Below are positions 31,025 to 44,864 of a stretch of DNA of 64,000 bases, piece after piece; within the stretch, counting starts at the first letter, position 1; every line of letters starts with the position of its first letter. Source of the stretch: an uncultured Gemmatimonadaceae bacterium (GTDB lineage Bacteria; Gemmatimonadota; Gemmatimonadetes; Gemmatimonadales; Gemmatimonadaceae); contig CAVUDW010000002.1 in the NCBI GenBank assembly GCA_963740355.1, forward strand, positions 2,272,001-2,336,000. Reading direction: 5' to 3'. The position numbers and the translations under genes are program-made. The notes beneath the pieces are model-generated. The model ran no database searches, was not told the DNA's origin, and saw only the letters and a list, made by a program, of their open reading frames with translations.

Positions 31025-33044
31025 CCGGTGCGGACGTCGTCTGTCGTTCGCGGTCGCGGGGACTGCGATGTGCTTCCTCGCGGCCTCGCCGTCGAGCGCG
31101 CAGTCGCGTGGTCTCGATTCACGCGCAGTCCGCACCTGGGCGGCGTTGCTGGCCGCGCACGATGCGCGCGTGCCAGACACGACATCCATCGACAGCGCGT
31201 TGACATCCCCTGTCGTACAGTTGCGCGCCGCCGGCGTTCGAGTGATCGGCCTCAATCGCGTCGCAGCGCGGTACGACGCTGCGCGTTCACTGTTGCGCAC
31301 GAGCGGTGACACGGCAGTGCGACGCGATGCGGCCTTTGCGCTTGGGCTGGCAACCGATACGGTGAGCTGTGGCGCATTGGGCGAGTCGCTCGCTGATCCG
31401 ATGACGGGTGTTGCGGCAGCATGGGCACTGGGAGAGATGGGCGCGCAGTGTGGATCCTTCGCCTCTCTATTCGAGCGCGCGCGCGGCCCTCGCGTTCGCG
31501 CTGCGCTGCTTCGAGTGGCCCTGAAGTGGATGCCCTTTCCAGACTCCGTCGTCGGTGCCGCGTACCGTCGTGCGACGAGCAACGACGAACGCTGGGCGGC
31601 GCTGTATGCCTTCGCGCGCACGCGGCGCGAGGCAGGGGGCGGCGTGGCACTCGGCGCGTCGCGCAGTCCTCTTGCGCCCATCCGCGAGGTTGCAGCGCGG
31701 TTGCTGGCCGTGACGACCGCTCCGCACGTGGATTCCGCCGCCGCTGTTGCGCGATTGATGGCGCTGCTTCGCGATCCCAGTGCACACGTGCGTATCGCGG
31801 CGGTGCGGTCCCTCGCCTCATATCGTGAGCTCGCCCTGTTGCCGCTGCAGCGGGCGTGGAAGCTCGAGCGCGACGCCAACGTCCGTGTGACCATGGTCGA
31901 AGCGCTCGCCACTACGGCGAGTGACACCGCGACAGTGTGGGGCGCGTGGTGGCTGTCGGACAGCACGCACATGGTGCGGCGCACCCTGATCGGCAGCGCG
32001 TGGCAAGCTGGCGCACTGCCCACCCTGGAGCGCGCGGTGGGCGAGTCGCTGTTTGCTCATGCGGATTTCCGGATTCGGATCGCGATGATCAATGGCGCTG
32101 CCGTGAAGCACCAACCGGCCTACGCGGCGCCGATCGCAGCGCTGGGCACGGACCGCGATTCACGGGTGCGAGCCAGTGTCATCACAGCGATGGCAGGATA
32201 CACTGCACCTGTGCGCGATTCGTTCGGCTGGCGATCACTGCGCGAAACGGCCCGACGTGACGACGACGTCGGAGTCCGACAGGCGGTGCTGGAGACGATC
32301 ATCCGCACGGCCACTGCTGCCGATGTCGACGAGGCCCTTGATGGCTACCAGCGTGCCTTGGCGGACACGGCGAGTGATGCACGCGAAGCGGCATTGTCGG
32401 TGATCGCGAGTGCCTGGCGACGCGATAGTGCCTCCTTCACCGACTCGATTGTCACACGGCTTCGATCACTCGCCCCGTCCTCTGACCCGCTGCTGCGCCA
32501 ACGTGTGCGCAACGTCTCGCCGATGGGGCACTGGGCGTCCGGATCGGCGTCGCGCGCCTCAGCGGCAGACTACGAGCGGATCGTCCGCGAAATCATCGCG
32601 CCCAGTCTCCAGGGGCAGACGCTCCACCTGGCACTGGAAACCGCGCGAGGACAGGTCCGGATCGCACTCGATGGGGTACAGGCTCCGATGACTGCGGACC
32701 ATTTCATCCGCCTGTCGCGGTCCGGCTACTTCCGGAACCTGCGCTTCCATCGTGTGGTGCCGGCCTTCGTCGCGCAGGGCGGGGATCCGCGTGGCGACGG
32801 GAGCGGCGGACCCGGCTACGCAATCCGCGACGAGCTGAACCGAAGCGACTACTCCCGCGGCGCGGTCGGCATGGCGCTGTCGGGGCCAGACACCGGTGGC
32901 TCACAGTTCTTCCTCACGCTGGCACCGCAGCCGCACCTGAATGGTCACTACACTGTCTTTGGACGCGTGGTGGCTGGCCTCGAGGCAATGGATGCGCTCG
33001 TTCAGGGCGACACCTTGCGAAATATCCGACCCATTCCTGAATGA
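31017..33044 (+). CDS. Exported HEAT-repeat protein with C-terminal cyclophilin-type PPIase
   Basis: Signal peptide; repeated D/P-x-VR-x-AA helices; FHRVVPAFVAQGGDP, GMALSGPDTGGSQFF, YTVFGRV. Confidence 0.88.
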   Translation: MRNRCGRRLSFAVAGTAMCFLAASPSSAQSRGLDSRAVRTWAALLAAHDARVPDTTSIDSALTSPVVQLRAAGVRVIGLNRVAARYDAARSLLRTSGDTAVRRDAAFALGLATDTVSCGALGESLADPMTGVAAAWALGEMGAQCGSFASLFERARGPRVRAALLRVALKWMPFPDSVVGAAYRRATSNDERWAALYAFARTRREAGGGVALGASRSPLAPIREVAARLLAVTTAPHVDSAAAVARLMALLRDPSAHVRIAAVRSLASYRELALLPLQRAWKLERDANVRVTMVEALATTASDTATVWGAWWLSDSTHMVRRTLIGSAWQAGALPTLERAVGESLFAHADFRIRIAMINGAAVKHQPAYAAPIAALGTDRDSRVRASVITAMAGYTAPVRDSFGWRSLRETARRDDDVGVRQAVLETIIRTATAADVDEALDGYQRALADTASDAREAALSVIASAWRRDSASFTDSIVTRLRSLAPSSDPLLRQRVRNVSPMGHWASGSASRASAADYERIVREIIAPSLQGQTLHLALETARGQVRIALDGVQAPMTADHFIRLSRSGYFRNLRFHRVVPAFVAQGGDPRGDGSGGPGYAIRDELNRSDYSRGAVGMALSGPDTGGSQFFLTLAPQPHLNGHYTVFGRVVAGLEAMDALVQGDTLRNIRPIPE

Positions 33045-33682
33045 TCGCTCGTTCAATAATCCTCCTTGGCGCCACGACGCTAGCAGCCTGCGCGCCGAAG
33101 CTTGCTCCGCTGGTGAATGCCACGCCGGTGGCACAGCAGCGCGAGCCGCTGCCGGTCATCGAGCTCCCGCGCCATAGTCAGCGGATTGTGTTCAACTGGC
33201 GGCTCCAGGAGTCGGAACTGGAGGTGCGCGGCGAAGGTGCAGCGCGAATCTCGGCCCCCGACTCCGCTCGCGTCGACCTGTTCGTGGCAGGCGGGCTCGG
33301 AAGCGGTGCCGCCTGGGTGATCGGGGAGGAGATGCGCCTCGAGGCTCCCGAGTCGCTCCGGCGCGTCCTCCCGCCGCCCGCCTTTCTCTGGGCGGCGCTC
33401 GGCAGGTTCTCGATTCCACCTGGAAAGGACACCGTCGTCGCCCGAACCGATAGCACGGTGACCGCGGAAATCGGCCCGTCACCCCGTTGGCGGGTCTCCA
33501 TCCGCAGCGGGCGCGTGACGCGGCTCGAGCGCGCGGAGGGGGACAAGGTCGTCGACCGGCTCGAGCGTCGGGACGATGGATCGCTAGTTTACTTTCACGC
33601 GCCGACCCGACGGCAGCTCACGCTCACGATCACGCGGACCGATTCTGTCGCACCGTTCGATGCCTCGATCTGGAAGCCGTAG
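33041..33682 (+). CDS. Hypothetical lipoprotein (possible LolA/LolB-like fold)
   Basis: Lipobox LAAC; beta-rich body. Confidence 0.6.
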   Translation: MIARSIILLGATTLAACAPKLAPLVNATPVAQQREPLPVIELPRHSQRIVFNWRLQESELEVRGEGAARISAPDSARVDLFVAGGLGSGAAWVIGEEMRLEAPESLRRVLPPPAFLWAALGRFSIPPGKDTVVARTDSTVTAEIGPSPRWRVSIRSGRVTRLERAEGDKVVDRLERRDDGSLVYFHAPTRRQLTLTITRTDSVAPFDASIWKP

Positions 33683-34169
33683 GGCTGCGCTGCTCGCGCT
33701 GGGCTGTATCGTCGCCCTCAGCGGGTGTGTATACGGCTTTGCCGGCGGTGGGCTTCCACCCACCGTCCGCACCATTGCCATCATCCCCTTCGACAACCAG
33801 ACGCCATCCGCCGAGCTCCAAGGCGAGTTCATGGCACGGCTGCGGAAGGAGCTCCGGGCTCGACTGGGCGTCCGAGAGGCCGGTGAAGCGCAGGCCAGTG
33901 CCGTCGTTCGTGGCCTCATCACACGTTACGAACCGGACATCCCAATCGCCTTCTCTGCGGACCGCACGCAATCGGTGGCCGCCCGTCGGAAACTGATGCT
34001 TACGATCGACATCGAGATCTACGACCAGGTCGCCGGACGCGTGCTCTGGTCGCGCAAGGGGATGACCGCCGAGGGCGAGTACGCCGAACGCGCCGAAGCG
34101 GATGGTCGCCGGCAGGCAATCGAAAAGCTCGTCAACGACGTCATTGAGGGAGCTCAGTCACAATGGTGA
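33660..34169 (+). CDS. lptE: LptE-like LPS assembly lipoprotein
   Basis: Lipobox LSGC followed by YGF..LPPTVRTIAIIPFDNQT; ends in W. Confidence 0.7.
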   Translation: MPRSGSRRAALLALGCIVALSGCVYGFAGGGLPPTVRTIAIIPFDNQTPSAELQGEFMARLRKELRARLGVREAGEAQASAVVRGLITRYEPDIPIAFSADRTQSVAARRKLMLTIDIEIYDQVAGRVLWSRKGMTAEGEYAERAEADGRRQAIEKLVNDVIEGAQSQW

Positions 34170-34516
34170 TGCGCCGCGGCAGTGGAACAGGCGGATGTCT
34201 CGTGTGGATCGCACTTGTCGCCGCTGCCGTCGTCTTCGGATGGCCAGCCGCCAAGGTCTACATGCGCGCGTACGAATACGAAGACGCGCTGCGCCAGACA
34301 CTGCTGCATGCCAAGGCGGACAACGACGAGGGGATGCAGGCACGGATGCGTGCGTCGGCCGATTCCATCGGCGACCTGCCGGACGCAGCGTATGACATCA
34401 CCGTCGATCGACGCGAAGGTATGATTCGCCTCACGGCCAGCTACACCGACACGATCAAGTTCCCGGTCGCTCCGCGCCCCGTGACCCATCGCTTCAGCGT
34501 CGAGCGATCGGAGTGA
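34163..34516 (+). CDS. Small single-pass membrane protein (pilin-like / DUF4845-like)
   Basis: Basic RRGSG leader, one TM helix, small exported domain. Confidence 0.55.
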   Translation: MVMRRGSGTGGCLVWIALVAAAVVFGWPAAKVYMRAYEYEDALRQTLLHAKADNDEGMQARMRASADSIGDLPDAAYDITVDRREGMIRLTASYTDTIKFPVAPRPVTHRFSVERSE

Positions 34517-35007
34517 ACCCAGCCTCGCCGCTGGAGCACATTCGATCCTGGAACGACGCACGGCAGTGGCGCGACGCACAACGGGGACGCGTGGTGTTCA
34601 CGAACGGTGTCTTCGACCTGCTGCATCCCGGGCATGTGGACGTGCTGCTCGGTGCACGCGCCTGCGGCGATGTGCTGATCGTCGGCATCAACAGCGACGA
34701 CTCCGTGCGCCGGTTGAACAAGGGGCCGGAGCGTCCGGTGCGTACGGCTGCCGACCGCGCCTACGTCCTCGCGGCACTGGCCGTCGTCGACTGCGTCACC
34801 GTCTTCGATCAGGACACACCGCTCGAGCTGATTCAGTTACTGCGACCAGACGTCATCGTGAAGGGTGGCGACTATGATCCGTCCACCGTCGTTGGCGCAG
34901 TCGAGACCCGCGCCCGCGGCGGCGACGTCGTGATCATCCCGCTCACACCGGGACACTCCACAACCGCGACCATCGCGAAACTTCGTTCCGGAATGCCTGA
35001 TGCCTGA
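34513..35007 (+). CDS. rfaE2: D-glycero-beta-D-manno-heptose 1-phosphate adenylyltransferase (HldE domain II)
   Basis: [36 protein letters not shown]. Confidence 0.92.
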   Translation: MNPASPLEHIRSWNDARQWRDAQRGRVVFTNGVFDLLHPGHVDVLLGARACGDVLIVGINSDDSVRRLNKGPERPVRTAADRAYVLAALAVVDCVTVFDQDTPLELIQLLRPDVIVKGGDYDPSTVVGAVETRARGGDVVIIPLTPGHSTTATIAKLRSGMPDA

Positions 35008-35731
35008 GCTCGTCCGATCGTACAACCGCCAGCTGCACGAAATGCGACCCGTCACGATCGAGCGCAATGTCACTCCGTACGCGGAAGGATCGTGCCTCAT
35101 CAACTTCGGCGAGACCAAGGTGCTCTGCACCGCCACCGTCGAGGAAGGTGTTCCCGGCTGGCGCAAAGGGAGCAAGCTGGGGTGGCTGACCGCCGAGTAT
35201 GCAATGCTGCCGCGTGCGACCCGCACGCGCACGTCGCGCGAGCGTGGGCAGGTCGGTGGCCGCACGCAGGAAATTCAGCGTCTCATCGGTCGCAGCGTCC
35301 GCGCGATGCTGAGCGGTTTCGACTTCGGTGAGCGAACGATCAAGGTCGACTGCGATGTCCTGCTGGCCGATGGCGGAACGCGCACTGCAGCCATCACCGG
35401 CGCCTGTGTCGCGGTGTCGGATGCCTTCTCGTGGCTGATGGCGCAGGGCACGCTGACGGTCTCACCAGTCATCCATCGCGTGGCAGCCGTGAGTGTTGGT
35501 GTGGTCGATGGATTCCCGGTGCTCGATCTCGACTATCCCGAGGACGTCCGCGCTGGTGTGGACATGAACGTGGTGATGGTCGATAGCGGAAAATTCGTTG
35601 AGGTGCAGGGCACCGGTGAACACGCGACCTTCGATCGCGGCGAACTGGATGCGCTGCTGGGGCTCGCCTCATCGGGAATCAAGGCGCTCGACGAGGCACA
35701 GCTGCGAGCGCTCGCGACACCGCGTGTCTAG
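35000..35731 (+). CDS. rph: Ribonuclease PH
   Basis: [38 protein letters not shown]. Confidence 0.97.
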   Translation: MPELVRSYNRQLHEMRPVTIERNVTPYAEGSCLINFGETKVLCTATVEEGVPGWRKGSKLGWLTAEYAMLPRATRTRTSRERGQVGGRTQEIQRLIGRSVRAMLSGFDFGERTIKVDCDVLLADGGTRTAAITGACVAVSDAFSWLMAQGTLTVSPVIHRVAAVSVGVVDGFPVLDLDYPEDVRAGVDMNVVMVDSGKFVEVQGTGEHATFDRGELDALLGLASSGIKALDEAQLRALATPRV

Positions 35732-35764
35732 TGCGATCGATCTGCCGGTAGACCAGGCGCGCGT

Positions 35765-36398
35765 GTGACGAAGTGGATCATCGCCACGCGCAGTCGTGGC
35801 AAGCTCGCGGAACTGATGCCGCTGCTGTCGGCGTACGGGATCGTCGCCATCGGCCTTGATGCAGCCGGTATCGCTGAGGAGCCCGAAGAAGCCGGCATCG
35901 AGATCTTCCCGACCTTCGAGGAGAATGCGCTCGCCAAGGCGCGCTGGTTCGCCGAGCGCACCGGGCAGCCATGTCTCGCCGACGATTCCGGCTTGTGCAT
36001 CGATGTGCTGGATGGACTGCCTGGTGTGCGAAGCCGTCGCTTTGCAAGTGACCGCGGCGTCATCCATGCTGGCGGCGATGCACGAAGACGCCGCCAACGC
36101 CGAGGCAATGCTCGACGCGTGCTGGGACAGCGGGCGCGCACCGCCGTGGGCAGCGTATTACGCCTGCGCAGCAGCCTTCGTCGATGCGTCGCGCGAAGTC
36201 GTCGCACTTGGGCGCACCGACGGTGCAATCGTCCCGGATCGCAGCGGAGGTGGTGGATTCGGCTACGATCCGTGGTTCATGAGCAGCGACCTTGGGCTGT
36301 CGTTTGCTGCCGCGTCACGGGAGGCGAAACAGCGTGTCAGTCACAGGGGGCGTGCCTTCGCGAACCTGTTGTCGCAACTCACTGCCGCAGTCTCGTAA
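35765..36398 (+). pseudogene. rdgB: RdgB/HAM1 non-canonical purine NTP pyrophosphatase split by a +1 frameshift (pseudogene or sequencing error)
   Basis: ATRSRGK, TFEENALAKA, ADDSGL in frame of 35765; DAAN, GFGYDPWF, SHRGRA in the next frame, ending at 36398. Confidence 0.85.
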
Positions 36399-36409
36399 GT
36401 GATTGCCCG

Positions 36410-36438
36410 TTGACGAGGCCGCCCGACCCCGTTACTCT
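36410..36438 (+). promoter_or_regulatory. sigma70 promoter of tRNA cluster
   Basis: TTGACG-17 nt-TACTCT just upstream of tRNA-Pro. Confidence 0.7.
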
Positions 36439-36449
36439 CGGGGTTCGTG

Positions 36450-36523
36450 CGGGGCGTAGCGTAGTCCGGTAGCGCGCCTGCTTTGGGAGCAGGAGGTCGC
36501 CGGTTCGAATCCGGCCGCCCCGA
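36450..36523 (+). tRNA. tRNA-Pro(TGG)
   Basis: Acceptor CGGGGCG/CGCCCCG, anticodon arm CCTGC-TTTGGGA-GCAGG, T-loop TTCGAAT; CCA not encoded. Confidence 0.96.
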
Positions 36524-36566
36524 TCTGTGTGCCTCCGCACGAGCACCTGACGTGCGGCATCATGAA

Positions 36567-36640
36567 GCGCCAGTAGCTCAGTTGGATAGAGCGGCAGCCT
36601 TCTAAGCTGCGGGTCGGGGGTTCGATTCCCTCCTGGCGCG
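36567..36640 (+). tRNA. tRNA-Arg(TCT)
   Basis: Acceptor GCGCCAG/CTGGCGC, anticodon arm GCAGC-CTTCTAA-GCTGC; CCA not encoded. Confidence 0.96.
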
Positions 36641-36653
36641 TTTGCAGTAGCAA

Positions 36654-36725
36654 GCTCCGATAGCTCAATGGTAGAGCAGCTGACTCTTAATCAGTAGGTT
36701 GTAGGTTCGAGTCCTACTCGGAGCA
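36654..36725 (+). tRNA. tRNA-Lys(CTT)
   Basis: Acceptor GCTCCGA/TCGGAGC, anticodon arm GCTGA-CTCTTAA-TCAGT; CCA not encoded. Confidence 0.96.
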
Positions 36726-36726
36726 T

Positions 36727-36764
36727 AAGGCGGCGGTCATCATCTGATGGCCGCCGCTTTTTTT
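36727..36764 (+). terminator. Intrinsic terminator after tRNA cluster
   Basis: GCGGCGGTCATCA-TC-TGATGGCCGCCGC followed by T7. Confidence 0.88.
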
Positions 36765-36798
36765 GCGTCCATCTGCGGTCGACGGTATCGTCCGCCCA

Positions 36799-38079
36799 AT
36801 GCCCATCACGCGGCGCCTGCGCCTCATCACGCTGCTGCTCTCTGCCATGGTCCCTGCCATGCTCGGTGCGCAGGAGCCGGCGCCGCACGCCGCGCACACG
36901 GCCAGCGGCCGGCGAGACTCGCTCTCCGTCATGGCCACGGTGCTCGGCACACGCACCTCGCCCGCCTTCGCCGGTCGCGCACGGACGGAACTGCTCGTCA
37001 CACAACCAATGCTCGCGCTTCGTGGCGCACGTTTCGGTCGTGCGCTGCAGTATGCAGCCATGCTCAACGCCGAGCACTGGACCATGCCGAACGGCGAACC
37101 TGTGGCGGGAATCTGGGGCGAGGGTTTCATCGATCGTCGGCATCCGCATACGGTCGTGCACGAAGTCATGGTGTCGGGCGAGCGTGCATTTCGAGGCACT
37201 CGCGTGTCGATCTCCGCGGGCAAGGGAGTCATTCCTTTCGGCACCGATGACCCGATGGTGCGGCCGTTCACCAAGTATCCGGCCAACCATCACTTCACAC
37301 AGATTCTCGAGCGCCTTCAGGTCACCGGCGCGATTCGATTGTCAGAAGGCGTCTCGCTCGAGGTTGCCGCCTTCAACGGCGACGAACCTGTCGGAACCAC
37401 CTCGCCGCCGCGCTGGGATCGCTTCGGTGACTCACGTTCAGTGCGACTCAGTGTCTGGCCGGTTCCTCAGCTCGAGGTGCAAGGCAGTGCGGCGTTCGTG
37501 CGATCGCCGGAATTCGCGAGCGGCGCTGGGCTCGACCAGGAGAAGGCGAGTACCAGCGTGCGCTGGACGCCAGCGTCCGGTGTGCTCGAGTATCTGCTGG
37601 TGGAGTGGGCGCGCACGGCCGAGACGTATCGGTCGCGGGCGATTGTCGACTATGGCACCGTGTTGGCCGAAGCGCGCGCCACGCGGCGTCGCGTCGGTGT
37701 CGCGATTCGTCTCGAGCAGACGTCGCGCCCGGAGGAGGAGCGTCTGCTCGATCCGTTCCGCACGTCACGCCCTCCGTCGGACCTGACGATTCGAGGCGTC
37801 ACACGGTGGCAGCTCGCCTCGGCGCAGCTCGCTGTCGCGTTGCCACGGGTCCGTGTCGCTCAGGGTACGGTGTTCACTGAGCTGACCCGCGCGCACTCGA
37901 CGCCGATCCTGCGGCCGGTGCTGCTCGATCCTGCCGACATCAGCGGATCGAGGCGATCGTGGCTCTGGTCCGTCGGACTGCGGTTCGGCGCTGGTGCGAT
38001 GCCGGCTCGTGTGGGCCGGTATGGCGCTGCGGCCGGAGGCGGCGCGACCAATGCGATGCTCACGATGACGCACCAGTGA
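36799..38079 (+). CDS. Exported His-rich hypothetical protein, probable outer-membrane beta-barrel
   Basis: Signal peptide; amphipathic beta-strands; DRRHPH, PANHH, FNGDEP motifs. Confidence 0.7.
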   Translation: MPITRRLRLITLLLSAMVPAMLGAQEPAPHAAHTASGRRDSLSVMATVLGTRTSPAFAGRARTELLVTQPMLALRGARFGRALQYAAMLNAEHWTMPNGEPVAGIWGEGFIDRRHPHTVVHEVMVSGERAFRGTRVSISAGKGVIPFGTDDPMVRPFTKYPANHHFTQILERLQVTGAIRLSEGVSLEVAAFNGDEPVGTTSPPRWDRFGDSRSVRLSVWPVPQLEVQGSAAFVRSPEFASGAGLDQEKASTSVRWTPASGVLEYLLVEWARTAETYRSRAIVDYGTVLAEARATRRRVGVAIRLEQTSRPEEERLLDPFRTSRPPSDLTIRGVTRWQLASAQLAVALPRVRVAQGTVFTELTRAHSTPILRPVLLDPADISGSRRSWLWSVGLRFGAGAMPARVGRYGAAAGGGATNAMLTMTHQ

Positions 38080-38148
38080 CCGACGGACGCAGTGTCAATC
38101 GACCACATCGATCGCCGTGCGCGTCGTGGACCCGTCTGTGCGTACCGA

Positions 38149-38184
38149 TTGTATGTCGACGTGTATGTCGACTTGTATGTCGAC
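38149..38184. repeat. 3 x 12-bp tandem repeat (T/G)TGTATGTCGAC
   Basis: TTGTATGTCGAC GTGTATGTCGAC TTGTATGTCGAC, intergenic. Confidence 0.9.
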
Positions 38185-38270
38185 GAACGAGTTCAGTCCG
38201 GCGAGACGAAATCGCTGACGTCCTTGTTGGCGCGCGATTGCGCATGTCTTTCAGTATTCGGAGCCTGAGA

Positions 38271-39479
38271 ATGCAAGCGATCCTGCGTGTCGTGCTGGCG
38301 ACGGTGTTCGGCGGAGTTGCCGCCTGTGGCTCGAACGGGGGCAAGGAGACTCCCCCGGAGCCGATCCCGCCCTCCGTCACGGCCCTTGCCACGCTGGGGC
38401 AGGGGACGCTCACAAATCGCTATAGCGCTGAGATCAGTGCAGGTGCGCGGTACGCGTACAGCTCGACGTGGGGCACGCGCAGCAATGTGCGCGGGAATGC
38501 GGTCTTCGTGTGGGATCTCGCCACGACGCAATCCACGCTGGTCGACAGCCTGATCGTCGCAGACGCCGGCACCACCGGCGATGTGCAGGTGGTGCCGGAC
38601 GCGAACCTGCTGGTGGTTGCGGTGGAGCCGTCGACACACGGCGCGATCGTGTTGTACGACATCGTCGATGGCGCGCATCCCGTGTTCATCGGCAGGTACG
38701 AGACGCCCAATACCATCAACGGTGTGCACACGGCGCAGGTCTCACGTGTTGATGGAAAGCTGTATGCGTTCCTCTGCATCGATCCTCGCGGTTCCGAGCC
38801 GGCGAAATTGGTGATCGTCGACATCAGCGATCCCCGTGCGCCGGTGGAGAAGTCCGTGCAGGTGCTGGGAGCGCCATACATCCACGATGTCTTCGTACGT
38901 GATGGCATTCTGCTGACCGCGGAATGGAACAACGGCATGGCGGCCTACGACATCGGTGGCGGTGGACGTGGTGGTACGCCATCAGCGCCGGTGCTGCTTG
39001 GTCGCGTGCAGACGGTGGGTGGGAGTGCGCACAACGTGTATTGGCTGCGCGATGCGGTCAGTGGTGCGCGGTACGCGTTCGTCGGTGAAGAGGGGCCAGG
39101 TGCGGTAGGCTCGTCATCGGTCGGTGATGTGCATGTGATCGACGTGACGTCGTGGTCTGCGATGCGTGAAGTGGCATGGTTCAGCGTGAGTGGTGCGGGA
39201 ACGCACAACTTCTGGGTCGATGAGTCGAGCGGGGTGCTGTATGCGGCGTACTACAACGCGGGCATCCGTGCGGTGGACGTGCGTGGCGATCTCTCGACCT
39301 GTGCGGTGTCGGCGCGTGATGCGGCGGGTCGCTGCAACCTCGCGATGATGGGGCGCTTGCTGGGGACGGCGCTGGTGTCGGAGGGGGTGTACGTGTGGGG
39401 TGTCGACGGGGCGTCGGGGAGTGTGTTGGCGTCGGACATGCTGCGGGGGGTGTGGCGTGTGGCGCGGGTGTCGCGGTAG
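38271..39479 (+). CDS. LVIVD-repeat beta-propeller lipoprotein
   Basis: Lipobox VAAC; LVIVDISDPRAP and related repeats; recurring His (GVHT, YIHD, SAHN, GTHN). Confidence 0.8.
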   Translation: MQAILRVVLATVFGGVAACGSNGGKETPPEPIPPSVTALATLGQGTLTNRYSAEISAGARYAYSSTWGTRSNVRGNAVFVWDLATTQSTLVDSLIVADAGTTGDVQVVPDANLLVVAVEPSTHGAIVLYDIVDGAHPVFIGRYETPNTINGVHTAQVSRVDGKLYAFLCIDPRGSEPAKLVIVDISDPRAPVEKSVQVLGAPYIHDVFVRDGILLTAEWNNGMAAYDIGGGGRGGTPSAPVLLGRVQTVGGSAHNVYWLRDAVSGARYAFVGEEGPGAVGSSSVGDVHVIDVTSWSAMREVAWFSVSGAGTHNFWVDESSGVLYAAYYNAGIRAVDVRGDLSTCAVSARDAAGRCNLAMMGRLLGTALVSEGVYVWGVDGASGSVLASDMLRGVWRVARVSR

Positions 39480-39546
39480 GTGTGCAGCTGGTGTGCAGCT
39501 GGTGTGTGGCGGTGTGTGGCGGTGTGTGGCGGTGTGTGGCGGTGTG
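39479..39546. repeat. Tandem repeat (GGTGTGCAGCT)x2 + (GGTGTGTGGC)x4 + GGTGTG
   Basis: Directly visible between the LVIVD stop and the rrn P1 promoter. Confidence 0.92.
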
Positions 39547-39568
39547 AGAACGCGCGTGTCGACAGGGG

Positions 39569-39597
39569 TTGCATTTGGCTGGGATTTCGCCTACTTT
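39569..39597 (+). promoter_or_regulatory. rrn promoter P1
   Basis: TTGCAT-17 nt-TACTTT. Confidence 0.7.
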
Positions 39598-39666
39598 CGC
39601 ATCCCCCTCAGTGAACGGGCGGCGAAGCATCGCGAAAGCGAGCAAGTCGAAAGTTGAGAGAGGGGG

Positions 39667-39695
39667 TTGACGGACTCGGCAACGCTGAGTATCCT
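39667..39695 (+). promoter_or_regulatory. rrn promoter P2
   Basis: TTGACG-17 nt-TATCCT. Confidence 0.75.
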
Positions 39696-39720
39696 TCAAG
39701 ACTCCCGGCGAAACGCTGGG

Positions 39721-39751
39721 ACCGCTGATTGAAAATTGAATCGAGAGAGAT
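39721..39751 (+). promoter_or_regulatory. boxA-like element / 5' arm of 16S processing stem
   Basis: ACCGCTGATTGAAAATTGAATCGAGAGAGAT is partly complementary to ITS ATCTCTCGATTCAGTTTCAGTGGT (about 41496-41519). Confidence 0.6.
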
Positions 39752-39894
39752 GGATGTTTGAGGCGATCTCGTTTGAGCGACGGTGTGCAGAGCGCCGCGC
39801 GAGAGATTGAACTCTGATTTTTAATGATTCCGGACCGTCTCATGATGGTCCAGTAATGGGTGTTGTGAGCGGTTCGCGAGAGCTAGTTGAATTC

Positions 39895-41420
<1,526 letters not shown>

Positions 41421-41673
41421 ACGGAGTCCGCGAGTAGACCTGGATGGCAACGTCCTGGGTTGAAAGCGACTCAGTAGTCGCCGCCTCGGCATCCTATCTC
41501 TCGATTCAGTTTCAGTGGTGTGCAGCGCGCTGGCTTCGGCTGGCGTTGGGCACCGTTGTTTGACAAGTGATGAAGGCAGTAATGATCGTGGGAAATGGAA
41601 TCACATCGAGATATGTGGAAATTTTGCATATCACTCGAAGCAGATTTGCGCGATTGGCTTGACCGGTTAGGGA

Positions 41674-44619
<2,946 letters not shown>

Positions 44620-44741
44620 CCAATACTGTGACCAGCACGCAAAAGCCTGGTCACTTACGCAACTCGGTTGCGTCGCCAATCGCGAAATCTGCGACGTGGT
44701 TTCATTACCCACGATCATCTGCCTTCATCACTTGACTAATT

Positions 44742-44859
44742 CGCTGGCGACTAGAGCGTCGGGGCCACACTCGTTCCCATTCCGAACACGATCGTTAAGC
44801 CCGACAGCGCCGATGGTACTCCGGCCGCGAGGTCGCGGGAGAGTAGGCCGTCGCCGGCA
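44742..44859 (+). rRNA. rrf: 5S rRNA
   Basis: CCCATTCCGAACAC, GTTAAGCCC..CGCCGATGGTACT, GGGAGAGTAGG; terminal helix GCTGGCGAC/GTCGCCGGC. Confidence 0.97.
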
Positions 44860-44864
44860 CCTTT

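Noticed and set aside
36040..36095. Programmed frameshift in rdgB
   Set aside because: No slippery sequence, SD or adjacent stop was seen; an indel is more parsimonious.
38227..38244. sigma54 promoter TTGGCGCGCGATTGC upstream of LVIVD gene
   Set aside because: GG-to-GC spacing is 9 or 11 nt, not the required 10.
36450..39479. Genomic island integrated at the tRNA cluster
   Set aside because: No integrase, no duplicated tRNA 3' end and no obvious composition shift were seen.
38149..39546. CRISPR-like arrays
   Set aside because: The repeats are 10-12 bp, directly tandem, without spacers, and there are no cas genes.
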